Below, piece by piece: positions 37,357-40,923 of a DNA stretch of 40,923 nucleotides. Below the pieces are notes generated by a model. That model worked only from the letters and a program-made list of their open reading frames with translations. It ran no database searches and was not told where the DNA came from. The position numbers and the translations under genes were made by a program. Origin of the DNA: Candidatus Eiseniibacteriota bacterium (GTDB taxonomy: Bacteria; Eisenbacteria; RBG-16-71-46; CAIMUX01; VGJL01); NCBI GenBank assembly GCA_041946735.1, contig JBHGAY010000036.1:1-40923 (forward strand). Direction: 5' to 3'. Each line of letters begins with the position of its first letter. Positions within the stretch are counted from its first letter, which is position 1.

Positions 37357-39005
37357 GATCCGCCAGGGCGGGAGCTGGCCGTTGCGCCGCTCGCCGGTCC
37401 GGCGCTTTCGCGCCGTGCCTGCTGGCGATCTGCGGAGTCCTCCTGCTCCTCGCAAACGCGGGCCCTCCGGCAGCGGCCGCCGACCCTCGCGTCACGGTCG
37501 GATCGAAGGCGTTCCCCGAGTCGTGGATCCTCGCCGAAGCGCTCGCGATCGAGATGCGCGCGGAAGGGATCGAGCCGGTCGAGCACCGCCGCAACCTGGG
37601 GGGGACGGAGGTCGTCCTGCAGGCGTTGCGAGCAGGCGACGTGGACGTCTATCCGGAATACACAGGGACGATCGACGAGGTGATCCTGCATGCGACGCGG
37701 CGCTTGTCGGCCGCGGCGCGCGCCGAGGAGCTGGCACGCATCGGGCTCGGGATCAGCGACCCCATCGGGTTCAACGACAGCTACGGGATCGCGGTGTCCG
37801 CGCAGGCGCAGGAGCGGCTTGGCCTGCGCACGATCTCCGATCTCGCCCGTCATCCCGACGTCCGGCTCGGCCTGACGCACGAGTTCCTCGGCCGTCCGGA
37901 TGGATGGCCGGGGCTCGCATCCGCGTACGGCATGCGCGCGCATCGCGTGCTCGGGATCGAGCACCAGCTCGCCTATGGCGCCCTCGTCGAAGGAAGGATC
38001 GACGGCACGGACGTCTACACGACCGACGCGCAGATCGAGAAGCTCGGCCTGCGGGTGCTGGAGGACGACCGCCACTTCTTCCCCCGCTACGACGCGGTCT
38101 GGCTCTTCCGGCTCGATCTGCGGGAGCGGGAACCGCGCGCGATCGAAGCGATCGAGCGGCTGACCGGGGTGATCGACGAGCGACGGATGATCCGGGCAAA
38201 CGCCCGCGTCGTCCTCGAGGGGATGGAAGCGCACGAGGCGGCGGAATCGCTCCTCGCCGAGACGGTCCGCCCGGGCCGCGGCTCAAGCGTAGGCGCGGGT
38301 GGGGGCGGAGGCGCGGGTGCGGCCGCGGGCGCCGGGACCCGCTCAGGCGCGGAAACAGGCGCGGGCGGGAGCCGTCCCTCCCTGATTGTCTCGATCCTGC
38401 GGAACACCGGGCAGCATCTGAGGCTCGTCTCCCTCTCGCTCCTCGCCGCGATCCTGATCGGAGTTCCGCTCGGGATCGCAGCCTCCTATTCGCGCCTGCT
38501 GGCCGGTGCGATCCTCTCGGTCGCCGGGCTCCTTCAGACCGTCCCGTCGCTCGCGCTGCTGGCGATCCTGATCCCGCTCTTCGGCATCGGCGCGGTTCCG
38601 GCGATGATCGCCCTCTTCCTCTACAGCCTGCTGCCGATCGTCCGGAACACCTACGTGGGGCTCACCACCATCGCTCCGGCGCTCCTCGAGGCGGCCGAGG
38701 CGATCGGCTTGTCCGGACGCGCGCGCCTGCTGCTCGTGCGCTTGCCGCTCGCCTCGCCGTCGGTCATGGCGGGTATCAAAACGAGTGCGGTGATCAACGT
38801 CGGGACCGCCACGCTCGCCGCGCTGATCGGAGCGGGCGGGCTCGGCGAACCGATCCTCTCGGGGATCCAGCTACGGCAAAGCGGGCGGATCCTGCAGGGC
38901 GCGATTCCCGCCGCCCTGCTCGCGCTGGCCGTGCAGCGTCTCTTCGACCTGCTCGATCGCGTGGTGATTCCCCGCGGGTTGCGAATCGAGCTCAAAGGAC
39001 GATAG
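37353..39005 (+). CDS. Fused glycine-betaine-type substrate-binding protein/permease
   Basis: Binding domain VTVGSKAFPE, DVYPEYTGT, GFNDSYG, DVYTTD, FFPRY; permease QTVPSLALL, LLPIVRNT, EAAEAIG, IGAGGLG. ATGA overlap with the ATPase. Confidence 0.92.
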   Translation: MRSARAGAGRCAARRSGAFAPCLLAICGVLLLLANAGPPAAAADPRVTVGSKAFPESWILAEALAIEMRAEGIEPVEHRRNLGGTEVVLQALRAGDVDVYPEYTGTIDEVILHATRRLSAAARAEELARIGLGISDPIGFNDSYGIAVSAQAQERLGLRTISDLARHPDVRLGLTHEFLGRPDGWPGLASAYGMRAHRVLGIEHQLAYGALVEGRIDGTDVYTTDAQIEKLGLRVLEDDRHFFPRYDAVWLFRLDLREREPRAIEAIERLTGVIDERRMIRANARVVLEGMEAHEAAESLLAETVRPGRGSSVGAGGGGGAGAAAGAGTRSGAETGAGGSRPSLIVSILRNTGQHLRLVSLSLLAAILIGVPLGIAASYSRLLAGAILSVAGLLQTVPSLALLAILIPLFGIGAVPAMIALFLYSLLPIVRNTYVGLTTIAPALLEAAEAIGLSGRARLLLVRLPLASPSVMAGIKTSAVINVGTATLAALIGAGGLGEPILSGIQLRQSGRILQGAIPAALLALAVQRLFDLLDRVVIPRGLRIELKGR

Positions 39006-39083
39006 ACGGTCGAGCCGCTGAAGCGACGCGCCGGAGCCCGCCGCTGCCTCTTCCCCGGACCGAGTCTCCCCCGCGGCCCGCGC

Positions 39084-39833
39084 TCAGGGCTTCCACCGGA
39101 CGACGATATCGCGGTCCGGAAAGAAGTCTCGCGCCTCGTATCGATAGAGCGTTTCGCCTCCGGGCGCATCGCCGCCGGGCAGAGGCTCGAACGGGAAGCT
39201 CCATTCCAGGGGGATTGCGCCGGGGGGCAAACGCACCTCGAAGCTCGCTCGCTTCAGCGGCCGGCCCCAAGGACGCGTCGTCGTCACGATGTAGCGCGCG
39301 TAGCCCGCGTCGGTTCTCTGGCGGTAGACCGACTCGAGGACGATCGTGTCTCCCTCGCACGCGGGGACCCACCACCGCGCGCCCGACGTGCCCGGCAGAT
39401 CCTCCCAGAGACCCGGCCGCTCGGGCGCCTTCCAACCCGGGCGCACCGAAAGCGAGAGCATCCGCGCTCCACCCATGGAGGAGTCGCGCGGGAAGGGATA
39501 GAACAGCGCGAGCGGCCGCTCGCGTTCACCGCGGCAGAGCAGGACGTATGTGCCGCGCACTTCCAGACTGTCGCCCTCGATGGAGAGGCGGATCCACTCC
39601 GAATCGAAGATCAGCGGATAGGCCGCGGCGATCGGGTCCGAGCCGCCGTACCGGCTCGCATGGCACTCGCGCGGGGCGAGGAGCAAGGTCCCTATCGCCA
39701 GGGTCGCCATCACGACGAGCGCGGCGACGATCGAGAGGACGATCGGGTGGACGATCGAGTGGACGGTCGGGTGGACGATCGAGTGGACGATCGAGTGGGC
39801 CGGCGCAAGGGAGCGGCATCGCGCGCCCCCCAT
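39084..39833 (-). CDS. Exported hypothetical protein (DUF4424-like)
   Basis: ATG 39833 overlaps the upstream TGA. Hydrophobic segment, then FDSEWIRLSI..LFYPFP..ARYIVTTTRPWGRPL..YEARDFFPDRDIVVRW. Confidence 0.7.
   Translation of the reverse strand: MGGARCRSLAPAHSIVHSIVHPTVHSIVHPIVLSIVAALVVMATLAIGTLLLAPRECHASRYGGSDPIAAAYPLIFDSEWIRLSIEGDSLEVRGTYVLLCRGERERPLALFYPFPRDSSMGGARMLSLSVRPGWKAPERPGLWEDLPGTSGARWWVPACEGDTIVLESVYRQRTDAGYARYIVTTTRPWGRPLKRASFEVRLPPGAIPLEWSFPFEPLPGGDAPGGETLYRYEARDFFPDRDIVVRWKP
39726..39797. repeat. 12-nt tandem repeat x6 in coding sequence
   Basis: GACG[AG]TCG[AG]G[TA]G x6, encoding HSIV-HSIV-HPTV-HSIV-HPIV-LSIV on the minus strand. Confidence 0.85.
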
Positions 39834-40804
39834 CAGCGGAACAGCCCCTTGACCTTGCCCCAACTCGCCGGCCGGCCGGCTGGGACCTGCTCCTCGGGCG
39901 CCGACGCGCTCTCCTCGACCGTCAAGGAGACGAGCAGGCAGCGGGCGATCGAGATCGTCGAAAGCTGGACCTCCGTCTCGTAGACGCCCGGTAGCAGTCC
40001 GGTCGCGTCGGCGGTCACGACGAGGTTCGCGTTGGCGAGCCCTCCGAGGGGGACGATCTCCGCTTCCGCCCAGTCGGCTCGCGTATCGACCTCGAGGTCG
40101 CAGAGCCACCCCTGGTAATCCATCGCCCGGAACTCGACCTGACCCTGCGTGGTCCCGCCGAAGGGCACCGAGAGATCGAGCCTCGGCTGCTCGAAGTCCG
40201 CCCGGCAGTACTCCGGCCCCGCGCAGTTTGCGTTCGTGTACTCGCAATCGGAGCCCGCGGAGGCCGAGAAGCCGAAGGCGTAGGAGACGAAAGGATCGTC
40301 GTAACAGTCCAAGCCGATCGGGATCTCCCACGGCTCGGCGAAGCCCAGCGTGCCCGGTCCCTCCACGACGAGGACCAGGCGGGCGACGAGAAAAAGCGAG
40401 CCGGACGCGGGACAGTCCGGCCAGTCGATTCGGAGCATGTGAGCCGGCCCCGATGGATCGACGAACCCGAAGCCGGCGCAGGCGTCGAAGTCGACGAGCT
40501 GCCACGTCTCGGGCCAGGCGAGCACGGTCTCGAGCTGATGGATCCGCGGATGATCCTCCTGCACGAAGACCGGATAGTAGAAGATCAGAAACTCGGTCGG
40601 ACCGCTCGCGGGCGTCGTCCGGATGACCTGCTCGCAGCTCGTGATGTCGGTGTCGCAGCTTCCGTGGATCGGCTGCACGTGAACGAGAAGCGCGGACTCC
40701 GGGATGACGTTGGCGGCGGCGGGCGCGACAAGGAAAAAGGCGGCCGCGGCGGCGAGGGCGAGGGCGAGGGCGAGCGGGAACCTGGAGACGATTCGGGACT
40801 GCAT
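39833..40804 (-). CDS. Secreted Cys-rich protein with C-terminal ASWGKVKGLFR tail; paralogue of 34367-35428
   Basis: GGAGG SD and signal peptide. Shared blocks with the paralogue: ALLxHVQP, ITxCxxxxRTT, WPxxWQL, GLxPGVYETEVxL, ARCLxVxLTVxES, PEEQxPA. Confidence 0.85.
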   Translation of the reverse strand: MQSRIVSRFPLALALALAAAAAFFLVAPAAANVIPESALLVHVQPIHGSCDTDITSCEQVIRTTPASGPTEFLIFYYPVFVQEDHPRIHQLETVLAWPETWQLVDFDACAGFGFVDPSGPAHMLRIDWPDCPASGSLFLVARLVLVVEGPGTLGFAEPWEIPIGLDCYDDPFVSYAFGFSASAGSDCEYTNANCAGPEYCRADFEQPRLDLSVPFGGTTQGQVEFRAMDYQGWLCDLEVDTRADWAEAEIVPLGGLANANLVVTADATGLLPGVYETEVQLSTISIARCLLVSLTVEESASAPEEQVPAGRPASWGKVKGLFR

Positions 40805-40923
40805 GACGGCCTCCCTATACCGCAGCCGCGCGGACGCCGATCGCGATTCGAGGCGCTCGTGTGTGTCGCAGCGATGGAGGACCAGAACCGGAGCGCGCCC
40901 GCGGCTCGATGCGGGGGCGGCGA

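Noticed and set aside
39726..39797. Possible CRISPR array
   Set aside because: The units are contiguous 12-mers with no unique spacers, and there are no cas genes.

Overview
GC-rich bacterial window of a diderm organism. It has several outer-membrane barrels, and C-terminal [ST]WG[RK][IV]K tails that suggest Ca. Eisenbacteria or a related FCB-adjacent lineage (inference). 1-6.3 kb is a decayed defence island: an IS3 remnant, a PDZ protein, a DISARM-like methyltransferase fragment, an orphan HTH antitoxin, a GIY-YIG/RAMA nuclease, an internally deleted DrmD-like helicase and a DUF4160/DUF2442 pair. 6.3-19.2 kb holds a macro/PARG-like protein coupled to a P-type ATPase, a deleted brnT with intact brnA, an RRM protein, a B12 radical SAM enzyme, a Ser/Thr kinase-TPR protein and an ICL/PEP mutase. 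19.5-31.4 kb is a sulfatase divergon: four OM barrel proteins, an anaerobic sulfatase maturase, a PPIase-less trigger-factor paralogue, two Cys-type arylsulfatases and a HAD hydrolase. Both sulfatases and an unrelated barrel-type protein share a conserved leader, AGAW[AG]AVGS[VA]LA[VA]G...PAxA-Q. 31.4-40.9 kb holds a cupin, a MASE3 hybrid kinase, two paralogous secreted WGxxK-tail proteins, an osmoprotectant-type ABC transporter, and a thioredoxin-fold lipoprotein split by an in-frame TGA (UxxC, with a SECIS-like hairpin) that is very probably a selenoprotein. I recognised no rRNA, tRNA or CRISPR array. All family calls come from motif recognition by eye, not from database searches.
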